Position numbers and translations under genes: made by a program. A model generated the notes under the pieces. It made no database searches. It was not told the origin of the DNA and was given only the letters and a program-made list of their open reading frames with translations. A stretch of DNA of 64,000 nucleotides from Takakia lepidozioides. Lineage: Eukaryota; Plantae; Bryophyta. Shown here one piece after another: positions 25,501 to 38,179 of this stretch. The stretch lies in NCBI GenBank assembly GCA_030704615.1, contig CM060731.1:86490001-86554000 (forward strand), given 5' to 3'. Each line of letters opens with the position of its first letter. Within the stretch, counting starts at the first letter, position 1.

Positions 25501-26157
25501 TCTGGTTCTGCAGGCACGACATTATGACTTGCGTGTATGGAAAGCCCAAGTACGGCATACAAACAATGCCAGAGGCTCCCCCGGGTGGCCGGTGGAACCA
25601 GGCTGCGATCTGAGTCAGGTTGAGGCCGACGCCCTTACCGCCGCAGGATTTCGGATGGTGCAGCAGCGCACTGACGTCCCCAGACAACCATTTCCGCTTC
25701 CACAGCCTCCACCACCGACCCCTGTGAGAGCAAGAACAATGGGACACGACAGCTCTAAGCATCCTACACACCGTTGGGGGAAACCGAAGAGGCGGCGACC
25801 TCCCTCAAAAGTGAACGAGACAAGGATGGGAATGCACTTCGGATGAACTGTACAATCCAGAGCTCGACAGAAGTGCCCCCACCAGGATTCGGGCGTGTGT
25901 ATCAGATGGCCACGGCGGGCTCAGCTGTTCGCAATGAGGTGTACACCATCACCATTTCAGAATTACCCACCTGCAATTGCACCGACTTCCAGATCATGGC
26001 GAACAAGGGGGCATCATACTGCCCTTGCAAGCATTTGTACTACGTGTACCTAAAGAGACTCCGTTGTAATTCCACAACTCATCACTTCATACATGCACCA
26101 GGGTTGAGCCCCCAGGAGGTTCACACTCTTCTGAATATGGATCCAGGGGACCAGTGA
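22557..26157 (+). pseudogene. GCM/DDE/SWIM Mutator-type transposase of element B (frameshifted)
   Basis: Same motifs as copy A (KHDGHPW, CAHC, VGVHCH, VMFDH, FMADNA, SCGFH, TNMAESVH, CNCTDF..PCKH) and the same intron position after YMRE. Confidence 0.9.
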
Positions 26158-28489
26158 GCTTGGCTTGCGGTCCCAATACAATGGTACGCCCATCCTTTTC
26201 GGATAGTAGAACTGTACTGCTGCCAGTACCTCAGACTCTGGCCACAGAAAGGTCCGACATATGTCTTGCCTACCAGTAACTGTTTTGCTCGAACTAAGAT
26301 ATTACTATATCGTTCACTTGTTTCCACGTGCATGTATTTTTGTATGTTGGAGGGTTCATGTTTTTCTGCTTTCCGAAAACTTGCTTTCCTCATTCGACCT
26401 CCGACAAGGAAATGCGGCGCCGCATTTCCAAGTATCGTCGTAGGTACTGGTAGAGGCGGCCTTCGCCAACACCAAACCGCTCCGAAATTTCGCACGTGCG
26501 AACCCTAATGCGGCACCTTATTCCCAGTTCAGTTGCAAACCTTTCCCGCCGAATACCCGAAGAAGACAGAATTGTGAAGTACTGCAGACTGTATTGGTGC
26601 AGACTCCATTGGTTCAATCGCGGCAAAAGGGTCAGCTTCATTCCAATGTTAAGGCATGTAAAACCGCGGAATACTCTATACAGGCCAGTATGCGACGTCC
26701 TTTTGCAGTGGTATACTGGATTTCCCGTTGCACGGTCACTTGTTTCCATGAGCGGATCTATAAAACCATGAGCGGACTTGTTACTGACGACATATCTTCG
26801 CCGCATTACATGATCTGGAACGTCCAAAAACGGCAAGGTCAAATAAAAAACTATTATTTTAATACTTGTTTAATCTGCCGCATTTCCAAATTTGGAGGAG
26901 TCCGCTCATGAAATCCGCGTATCTTAGACTTTGGCTCACCGCTCATGCGGCTCATGCGGCTCATGGCTCATGGCTCATGGTTTCTGCTCATGAAATAGTA
27001 AACCTCGGTTGCAAACAGAGGGCCAGAGTGTAAGTTATCAATCTATTGCCTTCACTTCATATCGTGGTGTATCTAAACTAGACCTTTGAGTTGATCCCTC
27101 TTTTGTTGGATGTGCAGACATTGGTGTTTGAGGGTAATTATTTTGTGAAGAGAGGGTCTACATTCAAATTCCGCAACGACGGTCGTCTTGTTGATGCCGC
27201 TGTGGACCTTGTTACCTACGATGTCCTCTACAACTATGTGCCCCACTCCAGTATGCCGAAGGACACAAAGACAGGCAAACTGTGGTGGTACAGCCGGACC
27301 CAGAGCCCTGCTTTCATCCAAACCCTCATGGAGACGTGCTCCAATGTCCAAGGGCGGATTCTTGACCTCACATGGGGCACGAGTAAGCCTTCATGTGCAC
27401 AGCATGTCCCCTCGCCCGATTGCAATTGCATGCCGCATGCTACTAACCGCCCGCTTTGTCCCTCAGGTGCTTCAATGTAGGCTGGGACGTTGTCCGACAG
27501 GCATGTCTTTGCCTTCGAGCCAGATACTGCCCTCCACAACTCCGAACTTGCAACGGCTGAACGTCTGCCGAAAGAGGAAGAGGCATCCTCGAAGGATGAG
27601 GAAGAATTTGAGAAGGAGCAGGGGAGGTACAAGTTGGGATCGAGGCCGAGGAGCCCCCAGTTTACGAGTGAGTGGTCGCATTGTAAGTTGCCTCCTGATT
27701 TCGTGAGGCACCTCCCTTCGCTCTCTTATTTCATTGAAAGACCCTTTCTGCTTCTGCTGGTATTGACATTCTTGAAGTGGATTTGTTCTTACTGTAGGAT
27801 GCCAAGTACTACAGGAGGGACGTCTACACCGCAGTTCATGGGCAGGAGGAATGTGCTTTTTTTTGCTAGGGGGGATTTCATGCCGAGTCCAGAAAGGGAC
27901 TACATCCTTCCTACTTATGCTGCCCGGCTTGCTTCGGTGTCCATTAGGAGGTCTTCCGAACCTAGTCGTGTACAACAGATTTTAGACGAGGCAAGCCTCA
28001 AGAAAATAAAGATGAGGGAGGAGGCAACAGCTATTAGAGCCCGTCAGGCTCGTAGATTTGTCTTGGATTCTGCTGAGGAAAGTGGGGGAGAAGAAGCGGA
28101 AGATTCCCAGGAGGTGAGGTGGACAGTCCCCCAAGGAAAGGACGGCATTTTTGAGAGGCATAGTGGAACTGATGCATCTCAGAGCTCGGAGGACGGGGGG
28201 GATGAGGGGGATGAGGAGGAAGGTGGGGCAAGTTCCTTGGAGGGTGTAGGAGAGTAGTGCCCATTCCGGCTATGACAGTTAGGACACACTTGTATAGATG
28301 TGGCTTGCCACAAAATTTGCAATAAAATGTTGCATTTCATTGCTATGACAAGTCCAATATTCCACATTCCACCTTCGAATGACCCTATTTCCGTGCCTCC
28401 TAACCCTATTTCCGTGGACACACAATTGTCCGCTCATGGTTTTTTTTTTTTCAGCTCATGCTCATGGCGCTCATGAAATAGCAGCCCCC

Positions 28490-29400
28490 TTTCCACGGCT
28501 GCCAGGCTTACACATGCACTGCAAACGCACACAAACATGATGTGGTCGAGCTTCACCCCTTCCCCCATCATTTGCTTTTAGGTCTCCAAAGCCCCATCCC
28601 GCACTCCTGCTCTGCACGCCCTCACCACAAGGGCATATTTCAGAACGACATCAGTTCAATTCCAGCTTGGACGATGTCACCACGAACCCCGTCTTCACCC
28701 ATTGCCTACTCTAGTTAAGTGCAATTATGGGCTAGGCTGATACCACATCTCATTCAGCCATATTATCAAACTGCATGCCATTTGTATCCTTGTAGTTGTA
28801 CCCAAACTTGGCATACATGTCCACTATGGCAACGTTCAGAATCACATCAGATACAATACCAGCTTTGACGATATTACTGTGGACCTCTGTACCCTTTTTC
28901 AGGGCTGCCAGGCTTGCATTTGACATACACCACCAAGGCATTGTTTAGAGACATCTAGTGGTGCAATTCCAGCTTTGACAATGTCACCACGGACCTTTGC
29001 ATCCTTTCCAGGGCTACCAAGCTCGCATTTGACATACATGTACACCAGGGGAATGTTCAGAATGACATCAGGTACAATTCCAGCTTTGATGATGTCACCA
29101 TGAACCTCTTGGCCCCTTCCCAGGGCGCATATGCATATTACAAACACAAATGAACATGACCTGGTCTGGCTTCATCCTATCCCACATCATTTGCTCTTAG
29201 GTTTCCAAAGCCTTAATCCCACACCCATGCTGCACATACCTTGCAATCATGGCACTCCACAACACCACATCTCAATTAGGCATGTTGTCAAACTCTCCCT
29301 TCGCATCAGGCTTGCTGCACCCACATTTGGCATACATGTCCACCAGGGCAGTGTTCAGAATGACAACTAGTACAATTTCAGCTTTGAGGATGGCACATGG
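28490..29400 (-). pseudogene. Decayed PLS-class pentatricopeptide-repeat (PPR) tract
   Basis: Repeats such as KEVHGDIVKAGI.PDVILN.ALVDMYAKCG with stops and frameshifts. Confidence 0.85.
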
Positions 29401-30007
29401 CCAAGAGTTATCCCAATATCCCGCTACCAATGAGTTCAATGCATATCCTTGTCACATTGGCAGTATCATGTCAAAGTCACTCCAAACTAGATTCACTCAA
29501 CAGCTAACTTGCAGAATTCAACGTGAAAATTTAGGGCCGATTCTGATAAGAGGGGGAAACAAGGTGAAATGTGTTGAAGAAGGTACCTTCATTAGCAGTG
29601 CCTGATTTTATGAATTGTGCCGCTGCTGTTGCGGCTTCCAGTTGACCTTCTACCCATGCAGGTTTCTTGTATCTATCCTTCCACAGGGAATCATAGGTAA
29701 TGTGGAGCTTGAAATCCGGCCCTCTTGGATGAATCTGGACTCACACTCTATCCCTTCTCCTTCAGCTATCTATGCCTCTGCACAAAATCATGCATACATC
29801 TTTGCCTTCCTGCTAGCAGCTGACAATGACAGCCTAGAATTGTCCCAACAAACACCCCCAACCCTACTTATCAACAAGCAACGAGCTAACTTACGGAATT
29901 CAATATGCATCTCAGGGCCGAGTCTGGTGAGAGGGCAAAACAAGCTGAAATAGGTTGAAGAAGAAGGTGCCCTCACCATATTGTCCTTGACCTTGTGTCA
30001 TGACCCA

Positions 30008-30842
30008 ACTCTCCCAGTAACATCAGCAGTCCGCAAGTAGAACTGAGGCCTATAGTTGGAAAGGAAGGTTGTGTGCCGCCCTCCCTCCTCTTTTGTGAGC
30101 ACATAAATCTCTGCTTCAAACTTCTTATGAGTCTTCTTCACTGTCCCAGGCTTGCAGATCACCTGGTGCCATTCATCCAATCAGTCCCATATGTTTTTCC
30201 TTTGCAGGCACATTACCAGGGAGCTAGCGCCATGGCCAGTCATAAGAAATCCAACATTGCAAGCTGTAAAGACAGATGAAGCAATACATTACAACAATTT
30301 TGCCATGAGAAGTGTGCAATGACATTGTTACCTGCGCATGCTGTACTTCATCTCGCTTTAGGCCACGAATTAACAACCCCACATTATCCCCTGCCTGTTT
30401 CACATATCATATCATAGAATCACTCCATTGTCCTTTTGCGACAATGAGTTATCAAACGAATTTAAAACTTACCACATATAATAGGGGATTGTATTGTCAC
30501 CCACAATTTCACAGCCTAGTTTGGCATAGCACCATAGTTAAATCCTCACTAATGTGCCTGAAATGGTTCAAGCTTAAAACATCAGCATGATTCAAGTTAT
30601 GAAGGCTCATGCCAAGATGTAGTGCAACACTCTAATGCCAGATGCAAAAGGAATAAATGAATTCTTCAGGATATATGGGCCCAGGTTATTAAAGCTACAT
30701 TACATGAGGAGTACATGAGATCCATGTGGAATATTAAGATCATGCTTCCAACATCTGAAAGAAGACAAGTAAATACTTGACCCTGATCGAGTTGCTTCTT
30801 GAACATCTCAACACCAGTCACTGTTGTTTTTAGATTAGCTCC
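30008..30842 (-). pseudogene. tufA: Fragment of a nuclear gene for mitochondrial-type elongation factor Tu (three exons)
   Basis: Exons 30842-30777 (KTTVTGVEMFKKQLDQGQ), 30394-30332 (AGDNVGLLIRGLKR) and 30162-~30008 ([32 protein letters not shown]), with phase-0 GT-AG introns. GTPase domain and C-terminus absent. Confidence 0.88.
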
Positions 30843-31643
30843 CTGTAGTCAAATCAGGCAGGGAAGTGAATCACACAGAAAATCCTGTACCGACATTGCC
30901 GAAGGAAGGAAAGTGATTCCTTAAGGTTTCTGTGCAAGGAAGATTGTTACCGTGCGAAGCCCAACCACTTTAACTTCCTCGCCAACCTTAATTATCCCTT
31001 GTTCCACACGCCCTCCTCTCGAGGTTAGCTATTTCATGAGCATGAGCGGCATGAGCGGAGTAGCAAGACAATCGGTTGTCATGAGCAGAAGTACAAATTC
31101 AGGAAATAAAAAACATTAAAAACATTATTTTAATGGAATGTGTCAGGAAAAAAAAAAAAAAAAACCAATATAATATTCATTGTTTGAAGTAGAAATTCCG
31201 CGGTAATAGGTTCCGCAACCGGAGAAATTTGCGGTAATAGGTGTCTCCGGTGAAAGATGGTGCCGAATTTCGCGGCTATAGGTCCCAACATGGCAGGTGT
31301 GTAAGCCAAAAATTTGGAAATGTGGCGCCGAATTTCGGTACATGGTGCCGGGATTGCACAGATGTTGGGCAGTTCTGGGCCATGTAATTGGAAATTCGGC
31401 GCCATTTTTCCAGACATCGTTCCCGTGCATGTTGGGACTTAGCCAGTTTTCGGCCCAAAATAAGGAAATTCGGCGCCATTTTTCCAGAAATGGCCCCACA
31501 ACTGCTATTGTTGGAACTCAGTTTTTGGAATATTGCCTGTCTCATTCCAGGAGTTTTGGGCATTTCATTACACTGCAAAACAAAGTCTAATGCATCAAAA
31601 TGCAATTGAAAAAATATCCATATGGTGGATTCCCTTTGCCCCA

Positions 31644-34600
31644 TCAATGATTTCTGGAATCCCGGCGGAGGAGTTTGTGCAGCTCGTTCACGCTCAACGC
31701 TGGTGCATAAATAAAGTTATCAATAGTCAAGTTCATCCTCAACCTCTTCAGGTAAATGTAATACAGATGCTTGCACGGATAATACTTTGAACCCTTCTTT
31801 GCTTCCATCAACGAGAAGTCCGTACAATTGCAAGTCGGCTCCACTCCAATCGTAATTGTGTATACGTCGTCGCGTACAGCTGAGCCGGCCGTTGCCATCC
31901 GATAAAAACGCCCAAGGCCGGGTGGGGGTACGTCCACAGAGCTCTGAATAGTGCAAGCCATCCCAAGAGCACTGGCAATCCGAGTCTCATTCAACTTGTT
32001 GGGAGGGTGTCGTCTCTTCACTCTTCCGAATCGCATTGTGGGATGTGCAGAATTGTCCAATCCGTCTCTACTGGACCAAGCAGTCTGCAATGGCTGGGTC
32101 TAAGGAACTGGAAACGAGTGGGCCGGGACGTCTGTACGTTGCACCATTCGAAATCATGCTGCAGAAAGAGCATCCGCCTCATTCTGAGAGAGGTTGCAAC
32201 CCGGTGCAACAGGCCAGACGCCTGGAGGCTCCGGCATTCCCTGAATCCCGTACTTGGGCTTGCCAAATACACAGGTCATTATGTCATGCCTACAGAACCA
32301 AAACGTCTGCGTTGTGGCGTGAGAGAATGTGGGAGTCAAAAATCTGCCGCTGAAATAAGGTGCAGGTACAACACCGTGTGGGTTCCTCCGAATCATCTCA
32401 CCACAGCGTGCTCTCGTATCCACCCGGATGGCGCAACACTTCCCTCGAAATGCCGGCAATGTCCTTGCAATTCTCCACTGTGACTCCGACACTCTTGTCT
32501 CCACAATGGGTATGTTGTACTGCATTACTACAGATGGCTCGTTATGTTCTTCGGATACGTGCCCTGTGCTCAAAGGAGATGGCAATCTTGAACGTGCAGG
32601 ACTTGCGGTGCTCGACGAGACCTCCTCGGGCAACATCATGGGACCACGAGGGAGCGTGCGAATATTCTTGTCAGCTCACCATGAATCCTCTTCTCCGCCA
32701 GGTGCCTCGTCAAGTCTTTGTCTCACTGGACGGGTGTGAACATCTCCTTCCAAGTGTTGGCCTCTTCAAAGCAATGGCGTGTCCCGAAGGCCCTCTCACA
32801 AGGCTGCCGCCCACTTCCAAGGATTCTTCGAATCTGGAGGCAGTCCGCATCAGCATTTCCTGCCTATCCGGCCCCAAGCCCCACTGTTTCCCTTTCAAGA
32901 ACTCGTTGTACCTGCATTGCTGCATAATTGACCTCACAATGTCTTTCGTTGTGGCAATGAGGATGTCCACCAGATGCGCCGCAGAGGAGGCACGCCAGGA
33001 AGAATGTTTGTTGTCGGCATGTCGATGTCGGAGTCGAGACACATTTCCTGCACATGCACATGTTGAGGTTACAAGCAAGTTACAAATAATGACTAGCATA
33101 ATATTCAACGGGACGCGAATTCGTCCAACTCACCTCCCGCATATAGTTGCCGAACAGGAGGAAACGATAATGCCACCATGCTAGCCAACTGACCATTGCT
33201 CCCTCGTCTGATTTCTTTACAGCACCTGACGTTGTCCACCAAGCCCGTATACATGCAAACTGTGTCTCTGCATCATGCAAGGTGGGAGCACGCTTCCACG
33301 CAAGACACATGGAACGGTGCTCCTCTCTGAAATCTGGCGCCACGAGCCTGGTTGTGTACTGCGACAAGCTCTGCAGAAAATGGAACCCACAAGATCTCTC
33401 CTTGCCTTCCATCGGAACATTGGGGTCTTCCCGTACACCCTTCGGATGGCAGCCCAATTTGCTTTGCGTTGTCCGCCATGAAACCTCGGAAATTGGGAGG
33501 GGCAATCCCGCCCTGGCCATCTGTTCGTTTATTCCCTGCCAAAGAAGCATCCAATTGTGTGTCCTCCTTTCATCTCACAAATAGCAATTGTCATTAGCAT
33601 CCTGCAGTGGGTGTCGTAGACATGTGCACCCATTGTCACCCACTGGTGTTTTGTAATTCGCTTGATATGGTCGAACATGACCCAACTGTTTGACAAGTCC
33701 CCACTCGTCATCCGGTGGACCAGTTCGACGCCGCTGCCAGGCCCACACGTGGACTTTTTGAATACGAAACAACAATCTGCCTCAGTGCCTTGTCCTGGAA
33801 ACCTACTTCCATGAATGTAATCATATCCACATCGTCGCTTCACCTCCAAAATGGAGTGCATATCCGAGCCACGCCCAATTCTCTGTTTGCAGGAGACAAT
33901 GTGGTTTCGGACATTGGGTGAACAGACGTGCGACACGGACTCCAGCAATGCCTCCATTTCCTTCTCATTGAGAGGAACTCTGTCAGAGCCGTCTTCCGAC
34001 ATAATTCTGGCCAATGCCATCTTATGGGCGACCTGCAGCTGTATCTGTTTGGGTTTGGCACCAGGTCTCAACTTAACCTCCTCCTGCACGAGCTGCTTTG
34101 CCTCGTGAGCAGTCTCTTGCGAGTTCCCCCTCGCCAATTTGTGACAATGGGAACCAACGTGTATGCAAGCTCATGTGAGGTCAGGGAAACGGTGCAACAC
34201 ATAGAACTGCTTGGCATTACAAACAGACATGCAATGTGGTGGTTCTTTGCAATGCGCACACTTGGTGGTTTTGGTGATGCACCAAGGATGACCGTCATGT
34301 TTCCTATCCATATCTGTCAACATTCCGGACGCCCTGGAATAGTCCGTTCGAGAAGGGAACTCAAAGAAGATATTACCATCGACGTCTGCGGGAAGGCATG
34401 TAACGGATTTAATTGCAAACTTGCTGTAGTCCAGCCCAGCCAGCTCCGAGCGGTGTCCCTCCATGTGAAGCCCTCGCAGAATTTCAAGAATGGATCGAAT
34501 TGCTGAGCTCGTGCTGGGAATATGACTCCCTCGTCCGCTGATGTCCATTGAGGACTTGCCTGATTTCCAGGATGATCTTGGAACTTCCATGACCTCGTCT

Positions 34601-35037
34601 GAGTCGGACAGGTTGTGAACAACCCGGTTCTCGCTCATTTTCATTGATGGGGTCGGCTCTGGATTTACTTCGTTGCGGACTTCTCTCTTTGAGGTACCCA
34701 CTCTCTGATTCGCGGATTGTTTCGTAGAAGGCGCCAGGATAGAAGGTGCATTTGGCGGGAAAATGAAGTCCCCAACAGCCCTGTATATGACGCTATCCGA
34801 TGGTGGAACTCGCCATTCCCTGCCGTTGCCGAAATCATCGTGGAGCACAACAATACTTTCAACTACAACTCCGTTTGAATCCTTCCTTTCCTCATCCAAA
34901 AATACCGACCCCGGTTTCAGGTGGTATCGAACGCAGAGATATTTCTCCATCACCCGACAGATGTCCCCTCTGCACGGAAAGGTAGCTCTATGCTTGTGAG
35001 GAGGGCGACACACTATAGCGCTCGGGTTTTCTGCCAT
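31644..35037 (-). pseudogene. Transposase of copy D (stops, frameshifts, internal deletion in the GCM region)
   Basis: Peptides near-identical to copy A, including the SWIM ORF 31644-32090. Confidence 0.9.
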
Positions 35038-35616
35038 GGGAAATGTGCACACAAGACTGCGAGGATGGCGTTCGGGCAAGCGCCCTGGGAGAAGGGGGAT
35101 GCAGCGAGGGGAAGGAATGCAGGGCCGATTTTTTTGAGCGACGAAGCCTATTCACGAATCCAGGGAGCCCACTCTCCCAAAAATCCACTGTCAGAGTGTT
35201 AATGAACCTTGTCTCCAGAATGCGGCCCCTGGCCTTTGCGCAATAACTGCCAACGGTATGCAGTCAGAAGGTATATGACCAGTGCAGATGCGCTGCGCAA
35301 ACCAATAATTGTTGCGTCTGACAAGAAGCGTGGGGGGCGAGCGTGCAAGCACCTTTCCCATTGACAGAGGGAACTGACAAAGGTGGCATTCCAGTGGGTC
35401 TGATTGCAAGATTGAGTGCCAGACCCTCGCTGCCAAAGTCAACGTTCAACAAAATGCAACATTGCACAAAAAGTGGAACTTTGGCTCAAAGGAGACATTT
35501 TTATTAATAATGAACGGTGACAAGTATGCATGCCCTCACAAGCCGAGGGAAGCCAAAAGTATGCATGCCATCCATGCTCAGGTAAGTTGGGAATTTGCTC
35601 CCGTGTTGCACTGTTC

Positions 35617-36185
35617 TCACCAAGAAGCTGGAACCTCGATTGGCCTCTCAACAAGCTCATGACTGACAGGGTGTCGGTAGGTGAAGACAATGGATGCAGC
35701 CTGTTTGCCTTTGGTGTAGTGGACAACGGTGTCATGTCCTCCGATATATGCACCATCGTAAATCGAGACCTTTGCTGTGGAGACTCTGTGTCCATAGGAC
35801 TCATCCTCGTAGCTTATGAGAATGTCCCCATACACTGTTTGGGATGGAATCCTCTCTGGCATGTACGTACACCCGATACAATCCTTGTAGGCCCACTGGT
35901 AGCACCTCCAATGATGTAGTAAGGTCGTACGGCTTTTGGGGATGTTCCATGCAGGCGGATACTGCAGATCAACGATTCGCAGGCACCAAAGCAGCCCAAG
36001 CCCGTCCCCGCGAGGCTGATCGTGGAAGCCAGGAAGGTACTCAAGAGCGGACAGGTGCACCCTCCTCTTCTGAGAGTGGTCTATCCAATCCTACAGGTAT
36101 ATGAAAATATCCCCTGACTTGGGGGCGAGAAGTCCCACGGGGTGAGATGCTTGTTTGGGCAGTTGCTGGGATCCCGGCATGCCAT
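35617..36185 (-). pseudogene. Orphan accessory gene of copy D (frameshift near the 5' end)
   Basis: Near-identical to 2292-2858. Confidence 0.8.
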
Positions 36186-36364
36186 CGCCGACTATTGAAA
36201 GGGCTGCCAGGAAGCAGACAGGGTGCGCAGGGAGGGGGGAGTGTCGGGAAGCTGAGTTGAGAGGAGCTCGGAGCGAGGAAGTGTTGTTGTTGTCTCGGTT
36301 GGCAAATTCGACATGGCGTCAAATCAGAGGGTGACGGCCCCACGTGCCTGCCAGATAACATGCC

Positions 36365-36690
36365 CCGGATGGAAAAACGGCGCCGAATTTCCATCCGAGG
36401 CCGTTCGGATGAAGTCGTCTCGGGGGGAGAGGCCGACACATGGCCGACAAAGATCATCCTCCGGATGGAAAAACGGCGCCAAATTTCCATCCGGGGCCGG
36501 TCAGATGAAGTCGTCTCGGGGGGAGAGGCCGACACCTAGCTGACAGAGAACATCCCCCGGATGGAAAAACGGTGCCGAATTTCCATCCTGCAGGTAAGCG
36601 GAGGCGCGGGCGGATGGAAAACCGGCGCCGAATTTCCATCCTGCAGGAAAATTCGGTCCACCTCATGGATGGATAACCGGCACCGAATTT
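36365..36690. repeat. Short A-type palindrome array of copy D
   Basis: Two to three 96-bp units plus 53-bp-type units. Confidence 0.85.
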
Positions 36691-36797
36691 GTCTATAGCG
36701 GACGATAATGGTGGGAATAACGTGCCAAAAAGTGGCCTGAAGGCAAAAAAAAACTCTAAGTTTAGTGTCTGATTAGACCCAAAAACGCAAAAAACAA

Positions 36798-37121
36798 GAT
36801 CCCAGTCCTCCTTTCCTACACATACCTGGGCGTTGAGTTTTCCTCCAACTGTAACTGGGATGCACACATCCAGAAAGTTGTTCAAACTGGCAAGGGCAAA
36901 GCGCTGAGGCTCACTAAATTTTTTCACTGCAGAGGGATTAACTCTGAGGTCAAGAAAACCTTACTTTGCCGCGTTATTAGACCTGCCTTGGAGTACGGAT
37001 CTGCTAATGGGTTGATAACTCCAACCAGGCTAAGTCTCTAGAATCCATTCAAGTGGGGGTGCTTAAGGAGTGCATGTCATCATGCTCCAAAACAGCCAAT
37101 CTTGCTGTTCGGGGTGAGTTG
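36798..37121 (+). mobile_element. Non-LTR retrotransposon (LINE) RT thumb/C-terminal fragment
   Basis: Manual translation YTYLGVEFSSNCNWDAHIQKVV...KKTLLCRVIRPALEYGS...AVRGEL; not in the ORF track. Confidence 0.8.
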
Positions 37122-38179
37122 ATTGGGAAAAAGAATAGTGGATGAAACAACTTGTCAAGCGAGCGAAGACTGTTGTGTCGTTCATCCGCACACACCACAT
37201 CCCTTTGGCAATATATAGGAGGCACGAACCCAAATACAGCCTCCGCAATCCAGGCGAAACTCGTTTTGCCACTAACTTCTTGATGGTGGATCGATTGGTG
37301 ACGGTGAAGAGCAGTCTGAAGCACACCATCATCGATCCTCAATGGGATGCGTACACACGGACATTGCGGGACTCCAGAAAAGCCAAGTCATTGGGCAAAA
37401 GTCGAAAAGTTCGAAATAGCATTCGCAGCGATGATTTCTGGAAGAAATGTGAAAACTTTGTTTATATGGTAGAGCCGATGTTAATCGTCTTGCGGGAGTT
37501 TGATGGAAAGCAACCAGTAATGGGCAAGACATGGATACTACAGCAAAATCTTGATAAGTACGTCCAATCCTTGAGGCATCCTCCCTTCTCCTTGGAACCT
37601 GAACTTGCGGACAGTGCTGAGGATGCATTTTACGACCGTCGTTCGATGGTTCGAACGGACTTGCATTATGCAGGGGCTTTGCTCAATCCATTCTTGCTCG
37701 ACAATACCATGCTCCGAGACGACGCTGATGTCAAGGCCGGCCTCGTGCAAGTGCTCATGCGATTGGCTCCGCCAAACATGGCAGAGAGAGCTATATCCGA
37801 GTACCAATGCTTCTCAGATCGCCACGACCCTTTTGAGGACATGCCGGATCCAAAAAAACTCAATATGTTGCCACATGAATGGTGGGATCTGATTAGAGCT
37901 GGAGCAAGAACATTGGCTCCCATTGCGAAGCGTATTCTTGCTCAAGTGTGTTCTGCCTCATCTTGCAAACGCAATTGGAGCAGTTACTCATTTGTTCACA
38001 ACAAGATTCGCAACAGGTTGAATCCCGCGAGGGCTGACAAATTGGTGTATGTGTATACCAATTGCCGACTGCTACGTGAGAGGGCAGCGGATGTTGCTGC
38101 AGCATGGTATGAGAGGAATTTGCATTCCGAAGACTCTGCTTCTAAGGTAGATTCGATGAGTGACGATACTGAGCCTTAG
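37122..38179 (+). pseudogene. hAT-superfamily transposase, C-terminal half with hATC domain; 5'-truncated, catalytic E replaced by K
   Basis: ETRFAT, LNP, EWW, RILAQVCSASSCKRNWS (canonical SCERNWS) and RNRL..KLVYV; a decayed acidic tail continues to ~39119. Confidence 0.92.

Larger units (their letters stand above)
17674..27007 (+). mobile_element. MULE-like element B with both ends (9,334 bp) and a 7-bp TSD GTTGCAA
   Basis: Left end CGGGGGGCTGCTATTT, right end AAATAGTAAACCTCG, CATGAGC subterminal repeats at both ends. GTTGCAA at 17667-17673 and 27008-27014; removing the element restores the G2 reading frame. Confidence 0.92.
15500..28257 (+). pseudogene. Second copy (G2) of the middle-domain + MTase-fold gene, split by insertion of B
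   Basis: Exon ending AAMRLLYR|15698; exon from 16546 YCKFSLL..WYVDLPP; DMILLAYPDG (~17420-17449); KKWFCINTQGLQ|TEGQS across the insertion; SPAFIQTLMETC..GRILDLTWGT/GASM..RHVFAFEPD. Confidence 0.8.
15500..28489 (-). mobile_element. MULE-like element C remnant carrying MTase gene G2; CGGGGG-type end at 28489; interrupted by element B
   Basis: Terminus GCTCATGAAATAGCAGCCCCC abuts PPR sequence; A-type palindrome array in an intron; left boundary approximate and no transposase seen. Confidence 0.7.
31020..36795 (-). mobile_element. MULE-like copy D, a close relative of A, truncated on the right
   Basis: Terminus CGAGGTTAGCTATTTCATGAGC at 31020; inverted, collinear match to ~1300-7837. Confidence 0.9.

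Noticed and set aside
29998-30842. Functional or organellar tufA gene
   Set aside because: Only three internal exons with spliceosomal introns; the GTPase domain and C-terminus are missing.
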